Of a DNA stretch of 64,000 bases, positions 48,912 to 61,516 are shown piece after piece. The notes beneath the pieces are model-generated. The model was not told the origin of the DNA. It saw only the letters and a list, made by a program, of their open reading frames with translations, and did no database searches. How positions within the stretch are numbered: position 1 is the first letter of the stretch; each line of letters starts with the position of its first letter. The position numbers were made by a program, and so were the translations under genes. Origin of the DNA: Chrysemys picta bellii (lineage: Eukaryota); assembly GCF_011386835.1 (NCBI RefSeq), contig NC_088792.1, positions 81,096,001-81,160,000 of the forward strand, written 5' to 3'.

Positions 48912-48974
48912 GGTGGGCAAGGAGATCGTGGTGAACCCGGTTATCCAGGAGATCCTGGCCTACAAGGATCACAG
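48912..48974 (+). CDS. COL6A4: Triple-helix exon (63 nt)
   Basis: GGQGDRGEPGYPGDPGLQGSQ. Confidence 0.92.
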
Positions 48975-49158
48975 GTAGCAGAAAGAAAGGCTGAGTTATT
49001 TTACATGACATGTATGGAGAAAGCATGCCGTTAGGTTCAATTTTCTATTTTCCTTTTGGAATATTTTGTTCACACCAATTTCAAATATCCTGGGTGAAAT
49101 TCTGCCCTGGCACATTAACAACATTATACATTTTTTTAAAATGTCCTTTATCTACCAG

Positions 49159-49221
49159 GGTCTAAGAGGACCACAAGGGGTCAGAGGCCCTCCAGGACCA
49201 CAAGGAATACCAGGCCCTCAG
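49159..49221 (+). CDS. COL6A4: Triple-helix exon (63 nt)
   Basis: GLRGPQGVRGPPGPQGIPGPQ. Confidence 0.92.
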
Positions 49222-50127
49222 GTTAGTTTTAAAGAATATATCCTTATTTTGCACCTTTTGCTTGTCAACTTCTCGACAGTGTGGTTTTTCAAAATTATAT
49301 TTGGACCTTTGTAAATAAGGTCTATGTAAGTGGAGGATTTTTTTGCTATAACACCTAGTAATGAACATTCAAATGAGAGCGTTACACTAGTCATTTTAGA
49401 CCATGGTGCCAAAATAATGGACTTGAAAAGCAAATGTTGGTTTGTAAATCAGGAGAGAAGAGAAACTTTGTGTTACTGAGCTCTTTCATGGTTACAGTGA
49501 AAACACTTACGTCCAGATTCTGCTCTCCATTATACTGGTGTATACTGGAGTAACTCCATTGCTTGCTCTGGGCATACACCAGTGTAACTAAAGGCAGAAT
49601 CTGACCCTTAGTTAGTAAGAGTTTTCATTTGGGAGTGGCTATAGGGACTTGCCCATGAGATTCAAGCCTGAAATCTGGTGAAAGACTAGGGGCTATTAGA
49701 TGCCGTGGGCTGAATTCTGTTCTCGCTTACACTGGTGTAACACCGTTGACTTCAACAGTGTTACTGTGGAGTTACACCAGTGAAACTCAGTCAGGATCTG
49801 GAGCAATATATCAAGATTTAGGCATAAACTTCAATTGTGTGATGAGACTCGTGCTTTCAGTTCCAGTTACTTTGTGGATGTATAGCCTCTATGATGCTTT
49901 AACAAATAATATCTTAGGAGTATTGGAAATCTCAAAGTGTTTACATGGAAAAGAGAAAAGAATTTGCATGGTTGTCTTTTGCACATCACTATTACTGTGG
50001 TTCCTGAAAGCTTTGAAAAATGCCACTAGATGGGCCAAATGTAATGAATACTTCTAGAGCCATTCCAAGCTCTGGTGAACATTAGCTTTTCTCTAATGCA
50101 CCCTTTAATTTGTGTTTCTGATTGTAG

Positions 50128-50190
50128 GTTAATCCAGGAGCACCAGGTGCAGCAGGCTCTCCTGGGAATCCAGGGCCTAGAGGACCAAAG
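50128..50190 (+). CDS. COL6A4: Triple-helix exon (63 nt), first Gly replaced by Val
   Basis: VNPGAPGAAGSPGNPGPRGPK. Confidence 0.9.
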
Positions 50191-51405
50191 GTAAGCATTT
50201 TAAGAAATACATTGCACTTCTGCAGCACCTTTCATTCAGTGATCTCATTGAACTTACAAACACAAAACCCCTCTGATAAAGGTAAGTATTATTATAGTTT
50301 ACATATGGATAAATATGGGCAGCGAAGCTTAGGCCTAGTGTATTTAGGCACTTAACTTTCTGATTTCAATGGGAGTTAGGTACCTAAATGTCTTTGAGGA
50401 TCAGGGCCTAAGTGACTTATTCTAGGTTCCCCAATCAGTGGCAGAGCCACAGTAGGATGATACATGTGGAACCTGACTTCCCATTTCTTGTTCTAATTAC
50501 TAGATACCTTGGTTCCCATCCTGGCCTGGGTCACTCACAAAAAGCTCCTGCGTGCTGGGGTGCAGGTGTAACCCATAGATGAGTGTGTTACAGTTCCCCC
50601 TCTGTGCCCAATCAAGCAAGACAGTGGCCATCACATTGGAATCCACCAAGCATGCGTACTGTGGGGATGATTAGGTCAAGCGGATATTAGACCAAATGGG
50701 TTGAAATCCACATTTTTGATCTGATATCACATTAGGAGGTTTTGATTTATGATTTGTTTCTTTGTAAGACTTTTTAGTTCCTCCTTTTCTTTCATTGAAT
50801 TACCTGTGGTAGTATCTTTGATATGTAGTCTAAATCTATTAAAGAAAAGCAACTGTATCATTTATACATGGTGTTTCATCCAAGGATTTCAAAGTGCTTT
50901 ACCAGTATTACTTAACTCAGCCTCTCAACTTCTCTGAAGTAGGTACTGTTAAACTCAATGTGTACAGAGGTAGACTAAGGTAAAGATAGTGGAAGTGAGA
51001 AGACCAAAGCTGGGAATAAAACCTAGAAATTTTAACTCCCTGTCTCCAGCCTGTAGCCACCAGATAATGCTGCTTCCTACTGGAATAAGTCACCATCTAA
51101 GAAGTGCTGTGCCACACTCAGTCTCCTCAGTTTGGTAACAATGGGAATTTTGCCAGAGTAAGGCCTGTGGGATTTGGCTGCACGTGTGCACACAGCATTG
51201 CCTTCCAGTTACTATGAGACGAAGCCCCTGTAAAAGCTTTGAGTCTGGTCTGCAATTGAACTTTTATGACTTGCATCTTTTAATCTGCAGAAAATGCAAG
51301 CACAACTCTTACCTCAGTGACCGAACCCCTTGTACTAAAAACAAAATGCTCCCTGGTAAGCCAAATATAAAAAGTGTAATATCTTTTGTATTTAAATTAT
51401 AATAG

Positions 51406-51468
51406 GGTGAACCTGGAGATCCTGGTGAGACGGGTCTGCTGGGACCCACTGGCCCAAGAGGCACGCCT
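51406..51468 (+). CDS. COL6A4: Triple-helix exon (63 nt)
   Basis: GEPGDPGETGLLGPTGPRGTP. Confidence 0.92.
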
Positions 51469-52201
51469 GTAAGTTTTGCTCTTCCGATTCGGGTTCTCTG
51501 TGTTAACTGCTGGGAGTTGTGAGGCCTTGCAGTTCATCTCATTTTCTTTTTCATTCTATTTTTGTCCATTTGGGATATTTTCAAATCTTTTTGCTCAGTT
51601 TTCAGTCTTCACACTAACATCACCGCCCTCTTGGCTGTGTTATGCTGGAGGTCGGACTAGATGATCATCAGTGGTGTGTTCTGGTCTTAGTGTCTATATA
51701 TCTTTAGTTTGTTGCAAGGAAGACACTTGTGCTTTTTCAGCCACCCATCAGACAGAAGAGCAGAACAACTTATTCTCACCTTCAAGTCACTATCTTACAA
51801 TCATATTTATTTGTTATGGAGTCCAGGCAAATGAATATACCAGTCAGGATGCCGTCTCCATACAGGACCCATCCTCTTCTCCTTTCAAGAGCTCCAGGGG
51901 AAATTTCTTTCGTCATGGATTGGAGAGAAGAATTTTGCCCTCGGACCCCTGGAGGAAGAGAGAAAATATAAGTGAGGTGCCCTGTAGATTGGAGAAGAGG
52001 ATATTGGCTTTAGGCTGTATCCTCTCTTGATGGCTTTTGCCATAGCTGCTAGACTGTGTCTGTGACACCCTCCGCTACATAATCAGCCATAGCTGCTAAG
52101 GGGCCAAAATCATGAGCGCTCCTTTAGGCCAGTGGAGTATTGAATGTACAGCTAATTCTACATTTGAAACTAACTGACAGTATCTTTTCCAACCCATGCA
52201 G

Positions 52202-52252
52202 GGCCCAGATGGCAATGATGGCTATGGTCCTGCAGGACGCAAAGGAGCAAAG
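52202..52252 (+). CDS. COL6A4: Triple-helix exon (51 nt) with second interruption
   Basis: GPDGNDGYGPAGRKGAK. Confidence 0.92.
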
Positions 52253-53117
52253 GTGAGATCAAGCAGAGGTCTCAGTCATGGAATGTCACGCCTAATAAGA
52301 TACCAGTCAGATTTGTTTGTCGTGACCAAGGAAATTTCAGACACTGTCAGAGTCCCTCCCCAGAATGTGAGAGGCTAATCCCATCCCTGGTTGTGTGTAC
52401 CTGTGTATCAGGCTTTCTGAATTTGGAGCTGCAGTAGTGGTAGTGACCTCCAGTTCTGGCTCAGTGGCTCCTGGGACATTGCCCGGGTGCAGACACCATT
52501 CACAGACTCCAGCAGTCAGTAAGGGTTGGAAGGAGAGCTGTCTCTCAGCCCCAAGTAAGTGGTGGCATGTATCTGTGTCCCTGCAGGAGGAGTCCTGGGA
52601 GGGAACTGTTGCTCAAAGAGGTACCATTCCTTCCTTGTTGTGGAGGTAAAGTGGGGGATTCAGTTTATTGTACTGACTTTGGGGATACAGCTTATTTCCC
52701 CTCCCCCGAGTGCACCCAACCAGCTACTCTAGCTGATATGTGGAGGGCAGAGCCAAAGGTCTTCCCATTTCCTGCCCCATCCAACCGATTTGTTCATTGA
52801 GGGAAGTACTGGTCAAGCTGCTTCCCTGTCTGTGGTGGCTGGAGAGCAGTAGCTATCTGAGGAGCCATTACTTGGTTGAGCAAGGGTATCCGAGCAGAGA
52901 GGGAGTGGGAACTTGCATCCCCATGCGCTTATGCTCAGCAAGGAAGAGTAGGGACCATCTAGCCCTAAGTTAATATTTATTTACAAAAATAATTAAATAA
53001 TCTCTTCTAAAAATATAGAAACCAGTTACAATAAAAGATCCAAAGTAAAGGCCAGGTCCAAAGTTGGTATAATTCTGTGCAGCTCCATTGGAATCAATGG
53101 ATAACTCCTCTGCGCTA

Positions 53118-53267
53118 AGAACAGGAGTACTTGTGGCACCTTACAAACTAACAAATGAATTAGAGCATAAGCTTACGTGGACTACAGCCCATTTCTTTGG
53201 ATGCATATATGCCACAAGTACTCCTGTTCTTTTTGCGGATACAGACTAACACGGCTGCTACTCTGAA
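53118..53267. mobile_element. Short Penelope-like insertion with inverted segment
   Basis: Degenerate hammerhead on the minus strand; TSD tcctctgc(g/a)cta at 53106-53117 and 53268-53279; interrupts a short hairpin repeat. Confidence 0.8.
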
Positions 53268-54385
53268 TCCTCTGCACTAGTTGAGGATCTGGCCCTCTAA
53301 TCTGTGAACTTTTCCCCAGATATTTGTATTTAGTTGTTGTTTTTTTGTTTTGTTTTGGGTATGGACACAGGAAGGGGGAAATTTGAGCAAAAACAGCTTG
53401 TGATGCTCTCGCTCAATTCCCTTTCCTGAGTAAACAGAGATAGCATTGATTTGCTAACAAAAAATGTGTAACACATTGCAAGGAACCACTTGAAAAATAA
53501 TCCAACCATAAAATTTTACAACAATAATAATTCAAAAATCCCATAATATTCATCCCAATCATTTTGAATATTTATCACTCGGAATAAAGAGAAAACCCTG
53601 CATACAACAAATGATCATAAAAGATTTCTGGACACCATCCACTGAAAACTGGATTTAAGAAATAAGAGAGTCTATCAACAGACAATACTATAAAAATCTT
53701 TTCCAAAAATAAATCTGAGGGGAATAGATGAGTGTCAATCTCAGAACTTGCTCCACTGCATCTGCTGTCTTCTGTGTAAAAATTTTCTCTAGTTAATCCC
53801 CAACAACTGTTCTATTTAAAGGTCATAAGCAAAAAAGAGACAAAAGGAAGGACAAATGGAAGGAAGTTTTTCAAAAATATAGAAAGAACCTGCAAGCATA
53901 CCCACGTTAGCTGTTAATATTGATATTTACCTGTTTTTACCAGACTGCTGCAGTTAGCCTGAGCTCTCTTAAGGGTGATAATGGCAGCTTCAATAGAAAT
54001 TGCTCCCTGGATGTTCTGAATACATTTCTATTGGTTAAATCACTTAACCCCTTGATAGCTACCTTGGGCCTTGTCTATATGAGAATCTCTCTTATTGAAC
54101 TTAAATCTGTTTTAGAAAGATTTAAACTGGTTCAAAACCTTATGTGGACATGCTTATTGCAATTTAGCTTCAGTCAGTAATATAGCAACCTGCTTGGAGG
54201 GAGGAGCACAGTTTGCAGGAGGGAAAGTTTGGAGGAGGCACTGGAAGTCAGTTGCTGTGCTCATGGCTAGAATTCTAGCTGCAGTTGCAATATCACTGTA
54301 AACAGTTCTCTTAATAAAGAGCCAGTGTAGTTTTTACAAGCATGGAATCCTTTCATGTTATGACCCAGCATGCTGTACATGAAAC

Positions 54386-54930
54386 AAGGAATAGAGGAAT
54401 TGCCAGACTGGATCAGACCCAAGGTCCATCTAGTCCAATGTCCTATCCCTGACTGTGACCAGCACCAAATGCTCCATAGGAAAGTTTTTCCAAATTTTCT
54501 CAAACTGGGGGTCAGGACCCCTCAGGGGGTCACGAGGGTATTAAATGGGGGGCTCGCAACCTGTCAGCATCTACTCCAAACCCCGCTTTGCCTCCAGCAT
54601 TTATAATGGTGTTAAATATATAAAAATGTAATTTATAGGGGGGGGTCACACTCAGAGGTTTGCTATGTGAAATGGGTCACCAGTAAAAAAGTTTGAGAAC
54701 CACTGGTTTAAGCCCTGCAGTAGGCAGAAGTGAGGTAATCTGCCCATACATCATATCCTTTTCTCTAAGCACTAGAGATTAGTTCTGAAGCATGAGGTTT
54801 AATATCCCTTGCAAAAATGTTATTAAATATGTTAACTCCGGATATTCTTGTTGCCAGTGTAAATATCCAGTCCCTTTTTGAACAGTTCTTGCCCTCAACA
54901 ACTTCCTGTGGCCATGAGTTCCACAGCAGA
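54386..54930 (-). mobile_element. CR1 3' fragment interrupted by a hAT MITE (about 54490-54705)
   Basis: ccagactggatcagacccaaggtccatctagtcc and acaacttcctgtggccatgagttccacag are CR1-like; the MITE ends gtttgagaaccactg. Confidence 0.7.
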
Positions 54931-56000
54931 AGGGGGAGCCAGGGCTCCATCCACTCCCTACCCTTTCCCACCCTTTGGGAGAGTGAATGGATAGCAATCT
55001 GCCTAATTGCTAGGTGAGCTTGGCCACTTCTAAGCCTTATGTGAGCCATACAAGGTTCCTTATTTCCCTTCTCCCTCACAATGTGCCTGGCCAAAGCTGA
55101 GGCAGAATCTAATCCAAAAAAGGTTGGGATCCTCCTAACAACAAAGGGAACAACCTTAAATATAGTCATCTACAAAAGGTTAGTATAAATTGTATAGGTT
55201 CACTAGCTAACTTACACTTCATTAAATGCAATGTCCTAGGAAAACAAGCCTACCATGCAAATGGAAATAAATCATTATGGTAGAATCATGTTTGAAAGAT
55301 CTCTTGTTCTCACACAATCTCATTTTGATGGTTGTGTGAGAACAATCACTATGTTCAGATTCAGAAGAGTGAGCTTCCTAAATCAGACACATGCATGGGA
55401 CAATCTTACAAAGACACAGAGCGAATTCTGCTAGTTTCTTTGTCGGGAAAGGATGTACTTTAGCTCTGACTGGTACCCATGGAAGCTCTTAACATTTCTT
55501 ACCTGCAGCCAAATAGCACACAAAAGATTGTGAAATAATTTCCTTCCTTTGAAAAAACATAAACACGACAACAACACAACCCTACTTCCGATCTAACACT
55601 TGAACCTGAATGCCCCATTGATTGAGATAAGGGAGGGGCCAACACATCGGTACCATTAGGAAACAACTCCTGGAAAGTGAGCTTTGAACCATATACTATG
55701 GTCACATGATCACTAAAATAGAATTCCACTTTATTTCACTAAAAAGGAAACAAATTTAATAAAATAGTAATTAGAAGAAAAATAACAACTGTTGGAAATA
55801 TTTAAATTGCTGTAGCTTTAAATGGGCAGAATGGAATGGTGCCATTTGAGGCTGAGAAATGGCTGCTGTAACTTAAATTGACTGTAACTAAGAAATCCTT
55901 ACATTTTTTCTGATTAAAAACAAAATATCTTTTTCGAATAAGGAGCAGTGAAAAGATTAATAAAATTTTAAGGTCTATTTCTCTTTTTCCCCAATACCAG

Positions 56001-56036
56001 GGAGAATCTGGATTACCAGCATACCCTGGTCCACAG
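56001..56036 (+). CDS. COL6A4: Triple-helix exon (36 nt), internal Gly replaced by Ala
   Basis: GESGLPAYPGPQ. Confidence 0.9.
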
Positions 56037-56152
56037 GTACAATAAAATGGATATTTTCTGCTTTTGGTATATATTGCTTTGCACTGTGTGTGTCTATATT
56101 TTTTGTGTGCGTGTCCTTCACTACAGAGATTCTGGTTTTGATTAACTTGTAG

Positions 56153-56215
56153 GGAGAAGATGGTGATCCAGGTAGTCAAGGAGATAGAGGGTCCAAAGGA
56201 ATTAGAGGACAAAGG
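56153..56215 (+). CDS. COL6A4: Triple-helix exon (63 nt)
   Basis: GEDGDPGSQGDRGSKGIRGQR. Confidence 0.92.
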
Positions 56216-56592
56216 GTAAGAATAATAAACACTCTTACTCTTTCTGATAAGTACATGTGAAGGGGGCCTTGAATAAAGTTTCTAGAGTTTAGTCCCTAGT
56301 CAGAAAGGGAATGAAAATCAGTCTCATTACTTTATTGCTTCAAGGTCTAAGAGGTATGATGATCTCAGTCATTAATGTTCTTCAATGATTTCTATGACTT
56401 ATGAGGGCTGTTCTATATTGTATATTACTCTATCTTTATTTAAATTGCAGTAGCCAGCTCCTCAACTGGAGTTCAATGAAGCTATGGAGATTTTCATCAG
56501 TGATGGATCTGCTTCCATGTCTGTCCTTATAAACACTGAATCAAAAAACTGAAAATTTAACTTGGTAACTATTCTTGAGTTTCTATTTTTAG

Positions 56593-56655
56593 GGCAATGC
56601 TGGCTTTCCAGGTTCAAAGGGAAATCCAGGGGACCGAGGGCCACCAGGACCACAG
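56593..56655 (+). CDS. COL6A4: Triple-helix exon (63 nt)
   Basis: GNAGFPGSKGNPGDRGPPGPQ. Confidence 0.92.
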
Positions 56656-57329
56656 GTACCACATTTAAAAACTGAATATTAATCTTGGGATTTGGGATTA
56701 ATCATGCATTTGACAATGCTGCTTACAATAAAATGTAGTTCACTAATCAGGCATGCATAGACAGATGTATCCTGCCCTCAGCTATGCCAAAGAAAACCTG
56801 GAATGGCATGGGTTTAACTGAGGAGAGAATTGTACCTTCCCCATTCTTTTCTCTCCCAGGGAAGATAAAAATTGATTTAAAAAATTTCAAAATTGTATTT
56901 TTATTTAATTTAAATACATTTTTCTTTTTAAAAACAAACCTGTTTAAAATTAAACTTGAAATTATGACAACTTGTGTTAAGGCCAAAATTTACTATAGTC
57001 TATTGAAATTGTTTAAATAAATACATACAATGTGGCATCAATGAGGCCACCTCAAATATTAGAGTGCTGCTTTTTAAATTATCTACACAATTGGGGGGAA
57101 TATCATTTATTTCAATGGGAGTTAGGTACTTAATTAGCTCTTTACCGTCTGTAATATTTTATGAATATTATAATCTGCTTAGATGTCTAGTGGGATTTTC
57201 AAAAGTGACTGCATCTTTAAGCACCTAAATACCTTTGAAAATCTGGTCTGTGATAACCCAAAACAATCTGTGAATTTACTGACTAAATTAATACGACCTT
57301 TGTGTAATAACTCTATTAGTTTACATGTA

Positions 57330-58109
57330 AAATATTTTAATAAGTATAAAAAGTAGGATTTGAGTGGTTTAAAGTAATAACAGACAGAACAAAGTAAGTT
57401 ACCAAGCAAAATAAAAGAAAACATGCAAGTTTAAGTCTAATACATTAAAGAAACTGAATACAGGTAAATCTCACCCTCAGAGATGTTCCAATAAGCGTCT
57501 TTCACAGACTAGACTCCTTCTTAGTCTGGGCCAAATCCTTTTCCCTGGTACAGTTCTTATTAGTTCCAGCTCAGGTAGTACCTAGTGGATTTCTCATGAC
57601 TGACAGCCCCCTTTGTTCTGTTCCTCCCCCTTTTATAGCTTTGGCACACGGCAGGAATCTTTTGTCTCTCTGGGTCCCCACCCCTCCTTCTAAATGGAAA
57701 AGCACCAGGTTTAAGATGGATTCCAGTACCAGGTGACATGGTCACATGTCCTGTGAGACCTTAAGCCTCCATTCTTTCCAGCCTGGCTTACAGGGACACA
57801 GGAAGGCTTACAAGTAAACAGAGCCATTTACAACCAATTGTTCTAGTTAATGGGAGCCATCAAGATCCTAAGCCACCATTAATGGCCCACACGTTGCATA
57901 ATTACAATAGGACCTCAGAGTAATATTTCATATTTTTTGTTTTAGATACAAGAATGATACATTCATACAAAGAGGATGAACACATTCAGTAGATTATAAG
58001 CTTTGTAATGATACCTTACAAGAGGCCTTTTGCATAAAGCATATTCCAGTTACATCCTATTCATACTCATAAGCATATTTCCATAAAACATATGAAGTGC
58101 AACATCACA
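57330..58109. mobile_element. Partial solo LTR, same family as 4817-8299
   Basis: Long colinear similarity (aagtaataacagacagaacaaagtaag.., gtgcaacatcaca end). Confidence 0.85.
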
Positions 58110-58743
58110 GAGGGGACTGAGACCTGGAGGTCACCCAGCAAGAAGAGTTTCTGAGCTAGGAATAGAAAAAGGTTTCTTGAGTCCTAGTCTAGTGCTCTCG
58201 TCACTACCCCACACTGCCTCCCTAAAGAAAGAATTAACTTACTTTAGGAACTAAGAATTCTATCATTCACCATTTTAAAAAATAATGAGAAATGCAAAAA
58301 TTAAAGATCTGAATAAATGTATGTTAATCAGTATAATTGCTTAAAAATGTGTGTAGCGATTGTGTATCCTCCTGGTGAGCAAATGGAAGTACCAAATGTA
58401 GTGTAAAGGCTATCCTGAGTTGCAAAGCAACATGTTGTAATGGTTACCAACCAACTAAATGAACCTTTCTTTAAATACAGTTGCAAATCCAGTTTGCTTT
58501 AAATCAGTTATTTAAGTTAAGGTTTCCTCCAATATGATTTCAGATGATTAAAATTGGTGACTTAAATCACTTTCATTTCAATCAGTCCTCCCTGCTTTGT
58601 CCTTAAGGGAGTCTGCTGCCTCACACTGGAGCAGGATCCTTGTGGGGACCCAGGACAGGGGGGTCCCTCTATGAAGGAAGGGAGCTGCCTGAAATATTTT
58701 CTGAATATTATATGTTCCATCTGCTAGTTTTATAGTTCCTATG

Positions 58744-59076
58744 CAGTGTTTCTCAAACTGCAGTCACCGCTCGTGTAGGGAAAGTCCCTGGTGGGCCAGG
58801 CCAGTTTGTTTACCTGCTGCATCTGCAGGTCCGGCCGATCTCAGCTCCCACTGGCCGCAGTTCGCCGCTGTAGGCCAATGGGAGCTGCTGGAAGCAGCAG
58901 CCAATATGTCCCTCGGCCTGCGCCGCTTCCAGCAGCCCCCATTGGCCTGGAGCAGCGAACCACGGCCAGTGGGAGCTGCCATCGGCCGGACCTGCCGACA
59001 CAGCAGGTAAACAAACCGGCCCGGCCCACCAGGGGCTTTTCCTACACAAGCGGCGACCCCAGTTTGAGAAACACTG
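58744..59076. mobile_element. hAT-type MITE (333 bp), near-palindromic
   Basis: 17-bp TIR cagtgtttctcaaactg / cagtttgagaaacactg; flanking duplication TCCTATG (7 bp visible). Confidence 0.88.
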
Positions 59077-59319
59077 TCCTATGGTGTTTGCTATATAATT
59101 ACTTATGGGTAAATTGAGGCATGGGTTAGTTTGCATGTAGACAGGAAAGTGGGCAAACATTGCTGATAGCTACACATTCGCTGATACCTAGAGACAATAC
59201 AGGTGTTGATCCCTTTAAAGATTATTTCTGACATGCTGGGTTCAACACTCTTGGCTTGACACAGAGGAGGGGGAATTCCATTCAGATGTTGAAACAAAGA
59301 ACTTCAGAATGGAGAAAAA

Positions 59320-59778
59320 CATGAGCCCCTGAAAATGAGGAGAAAGAGAGGCAGAGACTGCAGGGGTACAGACTGTCCACCCAGTCCCAGAGATAGGAAT
59401 GTTTGGATATGTAGGCCTGCCTACACTTTAGGTAAGACAGAAGCATGCAGACTGTTCTGTTAAATCCTTTTTCTTATTATGCTGCGTTCCTACAGATAAG
59501 ATTAAACAATGCTTTGTTTTGAAAAGGCTGTTTGGGTCCCTATTTCACACACTAGTCAGAGTTCCCTAAGGGGAGTCTTGCAGGGCAGCAAAATACAGTT
59601 GGGCCTGCTGAACAATCAGGATTGGTACACAAGGTGCTGTACCCTGGCACCCGGTCTGAGAAGGGGAGAATCATGGGATTCCACCCCAGAGAGGCGAAGG
59701 CAAGAGGTCTGTCACCTGGCGGGGTTGCACTCGGATACCAAGAGGGGTCGAATGTGCAGATATATCTAAACTGTGACA
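59320..59778. mobile_element. Degenerate LTR fragment
   Basis: Ends ctgtgaca; resembles turtle LTR repeats from memory; 5' end not defined. Confidence 0.35.
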
Positions 59779-60131
59779 CCCTCTTCTAGCAAGAACTTTG
59801 GAAATTAATATAATCCTGAGTGATGCCACTTCACAGCAGCAGCAAATGCTGAATTTAGGTAACATGCAGGAAAAACTCTTTGGAGAAAGTACGTCAAAGT
59901 GTCAGTCTTCATCTCAACTATGCAACAGTCTACAGACATCCATTTCGGGAAATAGTCTGGACAATCACATTGGAAAGTCATCAATAGTTGTCAAGAAAAC
60001 AACACGTGTGCACTAACGCAGAAATGCCTGATTTTTTTTCTATGGCTTTTGTCATCATTAAATATATATTAAATATGTTCCTGCTCTTAACATGACGGTG
60101 ATTTTCTAACTCGCTGTTAAATTTGTTCCAG

Positions 60132-60167
60132 GGCACCAAAGGACCAACGGGCACCATAGCCATGGTG
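60132..60167 (+). CDS. COL6A4: Last triple-helix exon (36 nt)
   Basis: GTKGPTGTIAMV; brings the helix to 336 residues. Confidence 0.9.
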
Positions 60168-61399
60168 GTATGTAATCATCTCATTTCTAAAACTAAGTGC
60201 ATGCTACATGTCGTTAACAGTTTCAGTTTTTTCCATTTAAGAAGCATTGACTGTACAGAGTTTTCTAATAGCCATAGAAGGAAAGCTTCCTTCATGTATT
60301 TGTTGCAGTAGAACAATTACATAACAAAGGACTTAGAAACATTTTTTAAAAACCAGGCAAAAGTTTTGCAAACAATTTAAACATTAAAACTCTTTTCTCA
60401 GTTATGTGATTTGGACTATTTACAGAACCTCAAAAGGGACTTAGGGCTAGACCCTGCCCTCTTATATGGGTGTGCTAGAGTGAGGAAAGAGGGTAAAAGG
60501 AGCCTTGACCCAAACACCCACTTTTCCAGGGTAAACAGCAAAGTAACTTGGGAGGAGAGAAATGCAAATTCTCCCCTCCCTTTGCATTTCCTTCCTCCCA
60601 AGTACTGGCTAGAAAATTGACCTCACACATATTATTCCCCCAAAGCCCTTTGACATTCCTAATACTTTCCAGAGATTGCACTAGTCAGTCTCCTGGAGCA
60701 GTTACATACAATTTCACAACAACACATACACAATTACCTTTTTAATACAATGGACCCTCAAATTATTAAACTTAAATCAATAATGTTTATCTTAACCTGG
60801 ACAAAGCTTATGGAATTATTGTAGGTCTGTCACAAGTCTGTGACACATTCACATGCCCAACTCAGGCAAGGTCACTCAGCAGTCAATAGCATGACCTAAC
60901 TAGAGGCATCTGCTGCTCCTTTTCCAAGGTGCAGAAATATGCCCCTCACAGAATAGTGCTCTCCTCATCTTGTAGAATCCTGCCGAGACTATCAGGTTTC
61001 CCCCTTGGCACCCTCTCCATTCCTCCAGCAGCACTGGCCAGGCCAATGACTGTCCCATGATCTTATAGATCTTACTGCACAGATACATTATACAAAATGA
61101 ACAGTTCAGAATGTATCTATTTCAGACATTTGAGAAAGGTTAAGTGTCCAATGAAACATAGGCAACTTCTACTATAGTGTTAGGGTAAGATCCTGCTGTC
61201 AAGTACACCAGTGTACATCCTGAGTAACTGCACGGACTATAAGATTGTTACTTTGGATTTATGCAGGATTAAGTTAGCTCAGGACTTGGGACCTGATCCA
61301 GTTCCCACGGGAGTCAATGGAAAGAGTCCCATGGATTTTCCAGTGGGAGCTGGCTCTGGCTCTTGGCCCTTAACCATCTTTTCATTTTTCCCTCCGCAG

Positions 61400-61436
61400 C
61401 CTTGTAGACTTGTTAATTTCACACGAGAAAACTGCC
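61400..61436 (+). CDS. COL6A4: COL6A4-like exon, start of C-terminal region (37 nt)
   Basis: PCRLVNFTRENC; ccgcag / gtaagt. Confidence 0.88.
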
Positions 61437-61516
61437 GTAAGTACTGGGTTTATTTCTTTTCCCCGTTGGAATTTGCGTAGCCATATTTTTTAAATGGAAA
61501 CATACTGGGCAACTCA

